Below, piece by piece: positions 45,303-57,463 of a stretch of 64,000 bases of DNA. The position numbers and the translations under genes are program-made. Under the pieces are notes generated by a model, which was not told the origin of the DNA, made no database searches, and worked only from the letters and a program-made list of their open reading frames with translations. The number at the start of each line of letters is the position of its first letter. The stretch's first letter is position 1. The stretch is from Bugula neritina (Eukaryota > Animalia > Bryozoa), in the NCBI GenBank assembly GCA_964035545.1, contig OZ037765.1, forward strand, positions 1,302,001 to 1,366,000. The letters are read 5' to 3'.

Positions 45303-46359
45303 ATGTCTTACTATTCTGGATCGAAGGGTGAGTTAATTATGTTTTTGGTACGATAACTAGACTGCATCAGTCAGCTTAGCTACACTAGCTAGCGAGCTGG
45401 AGATTCGATAATGATAAACAGTGGTGGGAATACACGTCGACTTTGATTCTAAATAATCTGTCATAGCGAGTGTGTTCTCCATCAACTATTCATTAGCCTG
45501 AATCTCACGAGTGTAACTGAACAGAGTACCGGTCAGGCTGTACACGCCGACGGTGCCTCAGTGTATAATCTTTAACACTGCTACTCTTTCAGATCACACT
45601 CGAGTGACCACCTCCCGGTCACGGGACCAGCCAACCTCTCTGTCTATGGAAGAAAAACCTGTAATGGAGAATGGCATACCCGTAGTGCTCCGCCGACGAC
45701 ATCGTTGGGTGTCACCCACGACAGAGAGGAGAATTGAAGAAGCCTGGGGACCCAGTGGACCACACCGAACCTGCCAGGTCTGCTTTGAGGAGTGCCCGTC
45801 ACACCGCTCCCTGCGTTTACATGTAGACGCCCATTTCCTACTCCACTTCTGTCCCTGCGGGTTCCACGACGTCTACCCGTATCCCGTGACAGTACATAAG
45901 CTAAGCTGCTTCGCCGGAGAGAACCACACTGTTGATGAAGACAGTTTCCCCCTATACCTGGATGCCATCAAGCCAGTCATCAGAAAGGCTATCACCCTGG
46001 CCGCGCTAGCGTCAGGGTTTCACGTACTGCTACTATCCGCCCGCCATAAGTCCCCTATGGTTCAGGGCCCACCTCCTACCCCCGTCAACCCTAGCAACAC
46101 CCCAGAAGTAGAAGAAACAACAATATCCCCTCTAACGGAGACCACTACAACCCCACCAAGGCCTAGCCAGCTGGCTAACGTAGAAGAGCGGCTTATAAGA
46201 CTACAAGCCGAGTTCACACAACTTGCCCCTGACCTGCTGGATACGACGACAGGTCTATACCAGTTGAAGGACTCAGTGGGGCGACTGAAGAGGCGGCTAC
46301 GGGCCCGACAGGCTCGACACAGAGCACGGTCGCTACAAGAAGCAGAGTCCAACCAATGA
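45303..46359 (+). CDS. ORF3: tandem C2H2/C2HC zinc fingers plus coiled coil, probably spliced (45303-45327 joined to 45593-46359)
   Basis: CQVC-X12-H-X3-H then CPC-X12-H-X3-C; heptad-rich C-terminus. Phase-matched donor AGG|GTGAGT (45328) and acceptor ctctttcag (45592). Confidence 0.72.
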
Positions 46360-46644
46360 GAATGCCTGGGGTAGGCACCTTCGTTGAGCGATACTCGTTT
46401 GGAATGTGACGAGCGCTCCGACATTGGCCCGCGTGCTGGTAAGCACCCTCTCTCTTAATAGCTGACTAGATGTGTGTGATCGATCACCCTGTTGTCTTCT
46501 AATGTAAATGTTGTCAAATGTTGTCAACTATTTCTTTTCTTACTCTTCGTGGGTTTACTTATGTATGTTTTTCTTTTTGGATTATTGTATAGTTTTTCAT
46601 TATGTGTTTTTTTATTGTGTTATCAGAAAGTAGGGCTTTCTGCT

Positions 46645-46657
46645 GGGGGGGGGACGG
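46645..46657 (+). promoter_or_regulatory. Polypurine tract
   Basis: GGGGGGGGGACGG immediately 5' of the 3' LTR. Confidence 0.85.
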
Positions 46658-47010
46658 TGTAGTGAGTAGTGCAAAGTACAAATACGGGAATCGCCTTCTC
46701 CCTACTCTTGGAATACTTAGACCCTTATGTAGCAACCAATTAGCAGCTCCGGAAGATATGCTTCCGATTCACGTGACACTTCCCGGGTTATTAACATTAT
46801 ACCACGTTGTTGTAAGCGGAGGCTTGTAGTAGTAACATGTGTTAGTAGTTGACTCTTGTATAGGATAATTTGATGTGATGTTTGGTTTATGCTTTATTGT
46901 GGATAATAAATATAATTACTCGACAGCTACCCTAGTAATTGATAACAGAATAACCAGCTAACTATACGCAAGTAAATAACTCACGCTCAGTAATTGCACA
47001 AATTACTACA
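46658..47010 (+). repeat. 3' LTR (353 bp)
   Basis: Direct repeat of 41734-42086 with one substitution. Confidence 0.97.
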
Positions 47011-47647
47011 ATATATATATATATATATAAATTAAAATTTTCAATCATAATGATAATGAGAATATTAATAACAATTACTAGTAGTACTAGTGGTGGTGTA
47101 ATTTCTCTAATGTTTCATTGTCAAACAACTCAAACTTTGTTTAGTGTCTACATTTAGAAATTCTGACAATTATACTTGTACTTATATTAATGGTAGTTTA
47201 TTGATAGATAAATGAGATCATCATTATTATTATAACTATCATGATGATATCATAATCACAGCATAAAATAATTACTGTGATGCCAACATGAGCAATAATA
47301 CGTCTATATGAATGTTTTTAGTATTTATTTTAAGCTTAATAGTTATTGTTAAGAATAATGTTAATATTGTTCAATATATTCACTTAAGTTCATATTGCTT
47401 TTTGCAATATTTGTTGCATTTTATTTTGTCACTAACAAAACTGCCAGCTAGTACACCTACAACTGTGGTTAGGCCACTTTCAGTTTGCTTTACTATTTTT
47501 TTACAGTTTTTTTATTCTGATTTTTAGCATAAATCTATTTGCCACAGAATTATTACATAATCTTGTTGAAGCTTTCTACTTTTATTCACACTGATTCACA
47601 ATTACTGTTTATTCTAGCCGCTGATGTATATTCATAGCATTTAGAAA

Positions 47648-50600
47648 ATGGCTTTAGTGAAGTATGAAGATCAGCAACAGAAGTTGAGCCTTCAGGAAAG
47701 AAGCTCTAGCAAATGGATAGTAGAACAAGATGCGAAAACAGGTGAAGCCGATATTTTAAAATTATTCAATTTATTTTAGTCTTGTTTACATGTTTACTTG
47801 TTAAAATACTAAAAAGGAGTGTTGTGGTAAGAAAATTCCGAACAATTAAGTGAAGTATATGTAATGTATATATATGTTCATCATAACATGAGAATGATTG
47901 ACATTTAAACAGCGAAACATGAAGAAACTGCTAGATATCCCATCAACTACGAAAAGATTCAGGAGATACTCAACATCGAGGGACTGAAATCAGACAAAGA
48001 TGAAGCTTCAACTCCAGAAGCTCACAAACTGTTCATGAAAAAAATCAGAGAAATTTTCATTCGACCTGGTAAAGGGCCTTTTCCTCCAGTTTCTCTACTA
48101 GAAGCAAGGTGAGAAACTGTCTCCTGGTGTCTCCTGATGCTCTAAGTATGTTTCTACAATGGAGGGGTGAACTGATAATCAGTTCTCAGTTTATAGCTAA
48201 CAAGTTCTCAGGCTAAATTTTGAGCTCCAATGAATTCTTAAGGCATCTACAACGTCAATTGTTTAAATTTTTCAGCACACAGTTTCTGGAATCATTTCTT
48301 CAATCATTCTGTAGATCTTCAAAGTTTATGCTAATAAATCGTTGAAAACAAATGTGCTACTAGTGCTGCTTGCGTTATTGTAAGATTATTTTTAGAATAT
48401 AAAAGTAATTTTATTTTCGATTCCTTTTAAATAGTGATTTTGGTCGAGTTTTCAATAAATTATGTCAGACAGGTACAATATCTAATGTAACTCTATGGGT
48501 TAGACTAAATATAATAATATTATGCATATACACCAGAAATATAGTAATTGAACGTTATATTATAGTTTAAGCTGAATAAAGCTTCCAGTGCATTTATTTC
48601 TGACAGACACATTTTGTTTGAACTAAGTAGATATTTGACCTTTGCAGAGGTCAGCATAGCATCCCTTCTAACAGACCATCCGGGCCGACAGCAGCTCGTA
48701 GCAACAGCACACAGGAAGAGGAAGTGGATGACGAGAGTCAAGCTGAGCAGTCACATGACATCAGAGACTACACAAAGCAGCTGAGGAAATATCGGAAAGA
48801 TGAAATGGATATCGCAAACAAAACAGACGGGGTCAAGGTTTTACGACGACTTCTAAAAAAATTGTAAATATTTTAGTCAGAACTTTTATGGTTGGTAACA
48901 GTTGGTTTATGGCAGTAGTTATTCACGTTAATTGTCAACCGTTGGTACAGTTATCTTTTCAGTAAAAATTGTCTAATTTATAGAACTATAGTGCTAGATA
49001 TTGGGCCTGGGTATTTATAACTTAGTCTATCAATGCTCATTCATCAGTTGCAATATAAATTTATTAATATGTATATTATGTTTAGTCATGTAAACTGAGT
49101 CTAATTAGAGTGTTATCTGTTTATTGCAGGCCTTTTCAAAGAACGGCTGAAGATGTTAAAATTATGTACAAAGCGCTGAAAACATTTACTAGTTTCTCCT
49201 CTATGATTACTAATAAAGTTCTTAAAGAGTTGTGCTATGTTGCCCAACTGGATAGCTGGAAGGAAGACAACTTCCCAGGTAGGCATCTTGTTTTTAGTGC
49301 AGTGTTTTTCCTTTCTTAGATATTAGTTTGTTTGATTTATCATTGCTGATGCTGACAAAACTTATAGAATAGTTTTGGCTTATTATAGCAATATTGCATG
49401 ATTGAATATTTTGTGATTTCCTTCTAAGAGGAAATTTATGATTATGTAACAACAATTCTAATTGGTTTCAATCAAAAGTCATGTGACTCAAGATAATGAA
49501 AATGAAATATTCTATCATTTAAATTTTTGAAAAGCTACTAAATCAGACTAGTAATTAAGAGGAAATATTATTCATATTAGAGGAAAGCAATTGTGTTTTA
49601 CAAGTGAGTTATAAGAGATTAAATAATTTATTTTAATAATGATTTTTTCAAAAGCATCAAGTAGAATATGTTTTATGAGGTGCTGATGTGTCAGGTTTTG
49701 CTAGTGATGTCACCGATCTCTCTTGTGTTTACAGTGTTTGGTAGTTCAGGGATGCACATGATACTGAAGGGATCAGTGGTGACAGTACATAACCCACACA
49801 TCTATCACCCAAAGACCTCTCTCCAAGATTTCAAGAAAGAGTGCGCAAATAACAAATACAATTTAGACGATACCAAACCTCCTTCTGTTGTGGTGAGTCG
49901 CATAGTTACATCTGTACCAAGATTCGTTTACATATGTTGTTTTCATTTGTATTGTTCATGAATAAATAATTTTAATGTAATTAACAATTGTTGTGAAATA
50001 TTTATGCAAGCTTGAAGTTTTAGTAAAAAAATTGCAATTTGGATCCTACATTGAGACCTTCTCCCATTTGTCTTCTGAAAAAGTAATTAACTGAACTCAA
50101 TGTAATTGAGTTTATGTGAGGCCGTTTAATTTTTACCACAATATTCAAACCGATTTACCTTTGTGTAGGGGTTGCATACTCTTTAGTGTTTTATTATTAT
50201 AATTATCATAATGTGGGAGTTGCGTACTCTTGACTTAGCATATAATTACCCTGATGTAGGAGTTGCGTACTCTTTATTGTATAATTATCATAATGTGGAA
50301 GTTGTATGCTCTTGACTCAGCATATAATTACCTTGATGTAGGAGTTGCATACTCTTGACTCAGCATATAATTATCCTGATGTAGGAGTTGAGTATATTAT
50401 TAATGTTGCAGTTAGAGGTTGGGGAATGCTTCGGTACGTTCGAAGCTATAGATGGACAGAGTATGCACAAGACGATGCTGATGGTTAATACAAAAGAACC
50501 GAACTGTGAATTTCTCAAGATAACCACCAGCGAGTATCAGAGGGTGATTGAGGTGCATACCTTATGATGACGCAATCAAATTTTTGAACTAAGGCTGATA

Positions 50601-52187
50601 AAGTTTTTAAAACACCTATTTGTGTTGAAAAGTTTTGCTAGTATTAGTGCTTGTTCATTACTCATTGGTTTTACAAAGTATTTTTAATCAAATGGAGTTG
50701 CATGCCCATGCTATTCTTGCTCATTGAGGGAATAACTTCTTTTTACTCCAGCAAATGAGTAACAAGGAGCAGACTAAAAAGTTGAATGTTCTACAAGCCT
50801 GTGAACATTTCAAGATGTGGACTCGTCAGCCAAAGTTGAAAGTGGCAAATCTGATAGAATGGCAACAGTTTGCTCCTAACACAGGTGAGGTGACTCCTTA
50901 CACATCCTATTCAATATTTTATATTGGAAATAGAAGAGGTATCTATGCTGCTTTCAATTACAACTATTATCTAGCTGCAGACTTTTGAGACTAAAAAGTT
51001 GAAATTATTTGTCAAGATTCGAAATATTTTGAGCCCAGCTCCCATCAGCATAAAAGTAATTAATTATATTAATTTTTTCAATAACATTAAGGTACTAAAG
51101 TTACCAATTCTACTACCTTCTGTCACTTTGAAGCTAGTGCCTGTTTAGGTGAAACCGAGTTTTTATGCAATCACATTGCTAATATTGAAAACATGTCATT
51201 GTAGAACGAGTACACACATTCTAGCCAAGGGCAACTCAATTATGTTGTATCTTTGTAGTGATAGTTAGCGAGGGGTATGAAGCACCATTCATTGGTTTCA
51301 TTCTTTCTGGTGAATGTCACGTACTCAAGCAAATTGAAGCTATTCATACATTACCTGATGGCAAGACTGTGAGTATGAGAGGGTCAGCAAGCATTTTCCT
51401 TTTCAATCGTTGCAAGTTATTCACAGAACAAGTTCATTGACATATTGAGTAAATGTGTAATATATTATTTTAATATTTTCACAAATAAAGCACCTGATGT
51501 TTTTCTCTAAATATCACTTGCAATGCCAGTGTAAGCAACCATATGGTGCATACACATGGTCAATTATATGCACTTTTGCTAGAGTTTATTTTATTATAAT
51601 CCAAATTTTGATTGCAGAATAAAACTGCAACATTCATTTTTCTTGCTGCATATCTTTCTGCATAATTCACCATCTAGAAGTTTGAATGTTTTTCAAGGAT
51701 CACAAGAGCCGCCAGGTTGTCGTGGGAACCATTGGACCAAACAAATCATTTGCCGAGTTGAGTTTATTAAAAGAGGAGCCAATGGCATACTCAATAATAA
51801 CCTCTACAGAAGTGACCTTGGGCACAATCTCACCTCACGATCTCTACAGTCTAGATGAGACAACTCTAGAACTCCTGCTACAGTCGTGTCAACCTACTTT
51901 TGACACTCTCACCAAGGTGACTGATGGTGCTAGAGTATGCCGATACACGTGCAATCAATAGAACTTGTGGTGCAAGCTAATCCTGCAGTTAATTTACACT
52001 CTGAGTAGATATTTGGCAATGAGAATAAATAAAAGCCGGTTGAATCTCATTTTAGGAGAAGATAGAGCAGGAATACATGGCCCAGGAGTTGAAGAGAGAG
52101 TGGTATCAGTACAGACACAACGCAGTGATAGAAGCCATCAACGCTCAGGGGATCCGACCAGGGTATGGAAAATGGAAGAAGGCATGA
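47648..52187 (+). CDS. CNBD1: Cyclic nucleotide-binding domain-containing protein 1-like, 10 coding exons
   Basis: Exons 47648-47741, 47913-48108, 48648-48863, 49130-49278, 49735-49892, 50412-50552, 50752-50884, 51259-51368, 51698-51916, 52056-52187. Two CNB folds (HMILKGSV..LEVGECFGT; FILSGECHV..SFAELSLL); N-terminal INYEKIQEILNIEG..AHKLFMK and C-terminal GIRPGYGKW resemble CNBD1. Confidence 0.8.
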
Positions 52188-52453
52188 CCCGGGTGCCCAA
52201 ACTAATTCTAAAATCCTAGACTAACTTTTATTTGGCTATGAATGATAATTTAGAATTTCCTTATCTATATTTTTCATGCTGTAATTAATAATTTATTGAA
52301 CAAAATAAATTTTATATACACTGTACAAATCCATGGCATATAATTTATTAGCACCGGGAATAAAAGCTTGTCAGTAAGGTCATGAGCCTCAAAGTAGAGG
52401 TCATGAACCTCCATTTAGAGGTCAACTAGAGGTCAGGGAGTCTCATTGACCTC

Positions 52454-55400
52454 TCAGTAGAGGTCATCATTACAGTCACTCTCCTCCTCTCTCTCTTCAT
52501 CACTAGTGTCACACTCCCCCACACCTCTGTTTCTCCTCCTCTCTTTCTTGTACGACTTGTAATATCTCAGGAACTCTTTGTGCTCTGGGTAATTCTCAGC
52601 ATCCTCATAGTCTGAATCCAAGTCTGACAATACAAGAACAATGAGAGGACCGACTTTGAAAATATACAAGGTGTAATCTTGAGTTACAGTTTGACTTGCT
52701 GAATGATTACTTACCATCTGACTCAGAGCTAGCCAACTGCACCTTCTGAAAATTTAGTCTGTGGAGCAAATCATCTGAAATTCAACAAAAGAACTGATAG
52801 GACGGACACTAATTGTTGATGTAATGCAGATCATGGTAACTCCATGAACCAGTAGTTTAGGTTATTTAAACAACTGAGATCACAAATTAACAGCTCATAG
52901 TTACTGAACAGTATAATCAGTTGGATCAGAAGTAATTGTCTAATAAAAGGTGCAGAATTAAGATAACTAAGAATTCACTGGGTACACTCTTAGATAGTCA
53001 ACCCCCTGCCCCCTTTCCAGGTGAAACTATGACATAGTCAACTCAGTTCCTATCTAGAATGACCCCACATACACCAGCTCTTCACCTTGCAGGGGGTTTC
53101 ATACAACAGAGGGTCAACTCTGCAGCAGGCAGGCATTTAAATATTCAACTTTACTTGATGAATTTCTTCAAAATGAAAAACTAAACCGATTTATAGAGCA
53201 CTGCATACCACCATGTCCTGCATCTTCATAATCTTCATCAGACGACCTGCAATAATACACTCTCCACTTATTTCCATTGTATAACCAAAACAATCCTTAG
53301 TAATAATTATATAGTAAAACAGTATTTAATGAATAGTTACTAACCCCTACACTATTCTAACAATACTGTGTGCAGTTAACAGAATACATGCTGTGCATGC
53401 TGTGTAAGTGCAGTAAATCTAAACAAACAGACAAGAACTCTCAGTATCACTGTAGCCAATGACAGTGTTCAGCCTCAGAAACTAACTGAAAGCTCTAATG
53501 GCAGACAACTCTACACGTGTAGAGACTGACTACTGGACCAGAGGCTAGCATTCACCTGCCGTAGTCTTCATCCGGGTAGTCGTTCCTCCAGTTGTCCTCG
53601 TCGTTGCTGTCGTCCACGTCATCCTCGTATACTCTGTCTAGTCTGTAGTCCTGGAAGGGCGCGTAACCCTCGTCGTACGCTTCGATGCACAGGAAGTTGT
53701 CCAACATCTCCGGGTCGTACAAAGTGGACTCACTACAATGATTTAAACTGAGAAATGAGCTTCTTCCCTATACAATCGAAACAAGAATTATACAAGGGCC
53801 ATTTTACTTTATTTAGTACACATCAGCAAACTATTACTCAAGATTGAAGTTAGTTCACAATTTATGAAAATTTGCTGTATGGGGTAATTGATTGCGCTGA
53901 TTCCAAATATGTAAAACAAAAAAGGGTAAAAGGGGGTCCTGCAACACTAAAGCACAATGTCATTGTCATGTGAGCAAAATCACAGTTTATCTCATATTAG
54001 CACGCATGTCAATAAAACTTGTTGAACTACCATTTTAATAGTTATGTTTAGCTGTGAAATTTCAGCCATGTTTTTTTAATTAGCTAGAAGGGGTGGGGGG
54101 GGGGAGAGAGTCAACAGTCTTGATGATGCAATGCCATCAACGTCTAAGATACTTTAACTGCTTGTTTATTGCACATATTTTATCTGAAAATTACAGTTCT
54201 TGCTTTGGGAAACTACTCCTACTATTGATACATTTAACTTTCTTAAAAGATTATTTGTGTAAACAGTTTCTCTAGGAAAAAAAAATCATGCCGAGGAAAG
54301 ATTTCAAGGTGTGGCATCTTCTGGTGAAGTAGCTGAAGATCTTTTACAACGAAGATGCCAGTTATAGAAGTTTATAAGTTAACAGCAAATAAATAAATCA
54401 GTATGGTTTACAACAATAGTTTATTTTTGACATAATAAAATACAAGCAACTTGTTCAACTTTTTATAGATTTTTGGTTTTCTAACTCGCTGAGAAAATAA
54501 ATGCACTAATTTTGAAGGCTATTTGGACTATGTTTGGCTATTAGGAGAAAGAGACCGAGGAGTTGGTATTTTATTTGAAATAATAAAATTTGTAATAATT
54601 CAACAACTTAGAGTAAAATTCTCAAAGTCATATAAATTAGCATTTTTTGACAGTTATTAACAAGTGTTATGAAAAACCAACCGTATCGAAGATCTTAGTT
54701 TTTTATTTAAAAATTAGACATAAAACATATGAAATTATTTATTAATACTTTATTGGTTTAGTCCAAAAACATACTAGCAGCTAAATTCTTTAAAAGTAAC
54801 TAAAGACCTGAGATATTCACCGGGTACTAAATTACAGTAAGTAAAATGACTGACAAGCTGTAGCATTAGTCAACAAATTTTAGACCAAGTACAGACCCAT
54901 CCAGGTAGAATATGTCGTATACAAAGTCATCCTCTGTGTTTGTTACAGCCATAGCCTCAGAGTTGGTCATCTGTAGAGGGGGCGCTGAAGCCTCAGACTG
55001 AGAATCTCCATCACATGACGGGAGGACATCCGCCGACTAAACAGAAAATCAAAGGCTCTTTTTTAATTTTACAATCAGATCAGAATTTCAGGTTATTTTA
55101 TTTTTCGCTTGTATTAAGTTATATAGTGTATTAACTTTTACTAACTCAATAAAGCAATTTAATTGAAAACAAAGTTGTAATATTTTCATCTGCTTTAAAA
55201 ATTTAAGTAATTGATTTTTTTGAAATTTAAAAACAAGAATTTATACACAGCATACGTTTTTATCACTAATTATTGCATCAAATAAGCTGATCTTTTTGCT
55301 GTTTGATGTTTCCGATTGGCTGTCCAGCTGGAGAGATTCATGTCCTATGAGCGAGTAACATCTCTTTTTAGACTGAGGGGTAAGCTGTGGTTTGGTGGAT

Positions 55401-56251
55401 GGTAAGCTAGAGTTGAGAGGGGAGTGGGCGTGGTGGAGCTCAATAACACTCTTGATGTCTGCTTCATTCTACACAAAGAGAAATAGAATCAATAGGTTCG
55501 ATTTGCATTGTAGCCCTACAAGAAATAACTGCTAACATAGGTAATGGCAAAACTTCATTAGTAATTAGAAAGATTAATATTTAGTTAAATTGATAGAATT
55601 TAACATAAAATAAATTTATATGGTTACAATTCTTATTCATAATGGTATGACAACCATGTTAAAGGTAATTTAATTATTTTTATTAAGTCCTAGACTAAGA
55701 CTTAGAGTATCAATATGGAAAAAACATTAATTTCAAATATTTATTAGTAATACTCATACTGATACTAATAATAATAGTTATATTATAGTAATTAATAATT
55801 AATATTATTAATTAATAAATTAACTTCTACTTTCCCCAATGGCCAATACTCATACTGGCTTAATGATTATTTGATTATACAAAAGCTAAAGCGTATCTGA
55901 TATCAACTAGAACTGAGAACTATAACTTTTAGTTTAATGATATCAATAAAATAAAGGTTTACTTTTAGTTTTAGATTCTCTTTGAGATTGAAGAATTAGA
56001 AATTAAAACTTAAAAATAAATCATCAACTTCAAGTTCAACAGGCACACGCACAGCCTCAGCGGGTTAGCCTAAGTGAACAGCAAAACAAGTGTTCTATGG
56101 TGATTACCTTTGATGCAACAGTGCCAGCTAATTTAAAAATGTCTTTTTTCGAATTCAAATGAGTATGTTTTCCTTTTTTACACGCAACCACAAGTGTATC
56201 AGAGGGTTCCTCGTCTCTTTTTCTTTTCAGCCTCAAATACGCGCCTGCCAT
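52454..56251 (-). CDS. SLC7A6OS: Probable RNA polymerase II nuclear localisation protein SLC7A6OS / Iwr1 homolog, 7 coding exons
   Basis: LRLKRKRDEEPSDTLVVACKK N-terminus, DFVYDIFY and Iwr1 motif EDDVDDSNDEDNWRNDYPDED. Exons 56251-56108, 55468-55256, 55036-54897, 53732-53556, 53246-53209, 52774-52715, 52623-52454. Confidence 0.88.
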
Positions 56252-57463
56252 ATTTAAAAGTTGAACTGCGACAAACGTAAGTAGCGATCTGTGAAAGTTT
56301 TTATGTCGTCGGAATACAAACTTCTTATTTAGGAAGACTTTACATAGTATATACAGAGTTTGAACATGTTGCGCCAGCTTCTAAAATTACGATGTGAAAT
56401 AGGCAAACACGATTATGATTTGTACTAGAGGCAATAATAAAATTATAAACAGTATCCTTTTAGTTATCTACACAAATACTAGATAACTTTCACCAATAAT
56501 AGCCTCAATAACGGAAGACTTTGGTTGATATTAGAGTTATCTTACCTTTAACCCTAATGTATTGGCCATAGGGTGCATCATTGAATATTATAAGTTTTAG
56601 TTCATTGGGGTGCATATAATAGTGTAGCCAAAGCCAAAACCACTGGAATGCAATATATTATTCCAGTTCAATGAGTAGAACAAACCATGTTCTACATAGC
56701 AACGCCATCTATTTTGCAAGAACATAATTTAACAAACTGTCTTAGTCAACATTGACAGCAAAACTAACTTCAAAATATTAAACATACTATTTTAGGCTTT
56801 TCAGTAATTTCACTTGGATAGGTTATATTGTTACAAAAATCGAGTTTCTAGTAATTACTAGGCATAATATTATTTAATAAATTTAGAAATAGAAATACAA
56901 AAATATTATGCAATATTATATATCCAGATAGCAGAAAACTATATGAAAGTTTATGAACACAAATACACTGTTGAGCAAAATACATACATTTATTTTATGA
57001 ACATAAAGTATAGAAGCATGTGTATTAAAATGACTAGCTCATGTCAATTCAAGAAGTATAGACAGAAGAAAAATAAAAAGAAACATATTGAAATAAAATG
57101 TATACAACATCAGAGCTAACTGTAGTGATAGACACATTCAAGTCTATTGAATTTGCAATATTCTCATTGGTTTAGAATATCATTACAGCTACATGCAGGA
57201 GTAGAGAATATAAGTATACAAGTGATTAAAGAGAGATTTTGACAAGCATTGAGATTTGACTCAACTTACAAACTTCATATTGACTGTCAGGTGACAGAAT
57301 GCATGCAGTAAACCTCAGTACCACCGATTGTCTAGGAAATGTTAGTTTGTAGGGTGAGCATTAGATGATAAAGCAATATTACTGTAAAATGTCAAGTAGT
57401 TAACTGAATCTCTTCATTCAACACAGAATTGTGTAAAATATAGCTCTAGAAAATATGAGGTTA

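Larger units (their letters stand above)
41734..47010 (+). mobile_element. Ty3/gypsy-type LTR retroelement, non-autonomous (no RT/RNase H/IN core), with extra zinc-finger ORF3
   Basis: Two 353-bp LTRs bounded by TGTAGT...ACTACA, 4-bp TSD ATAT (41730-41733 / 47011-47014), PBS, PPT, gag with CCHC knuckle, aspartic protease, integrase HHCC zinc finger. Confidence 0.95.

Noticed and set aside
45553-46359. ORF3 as an envelope glycoprotein
   Set aside because: No signal peptide, no TM anchor and no fusion-peptide architecture; it has zinc-finger spacing instead.
42082-46527. Many short antisense and alternate-frame ORFs inside the LTR element
   Set aside because: Expected shadows of GC-rich coding sequence; no recognisable motifs.
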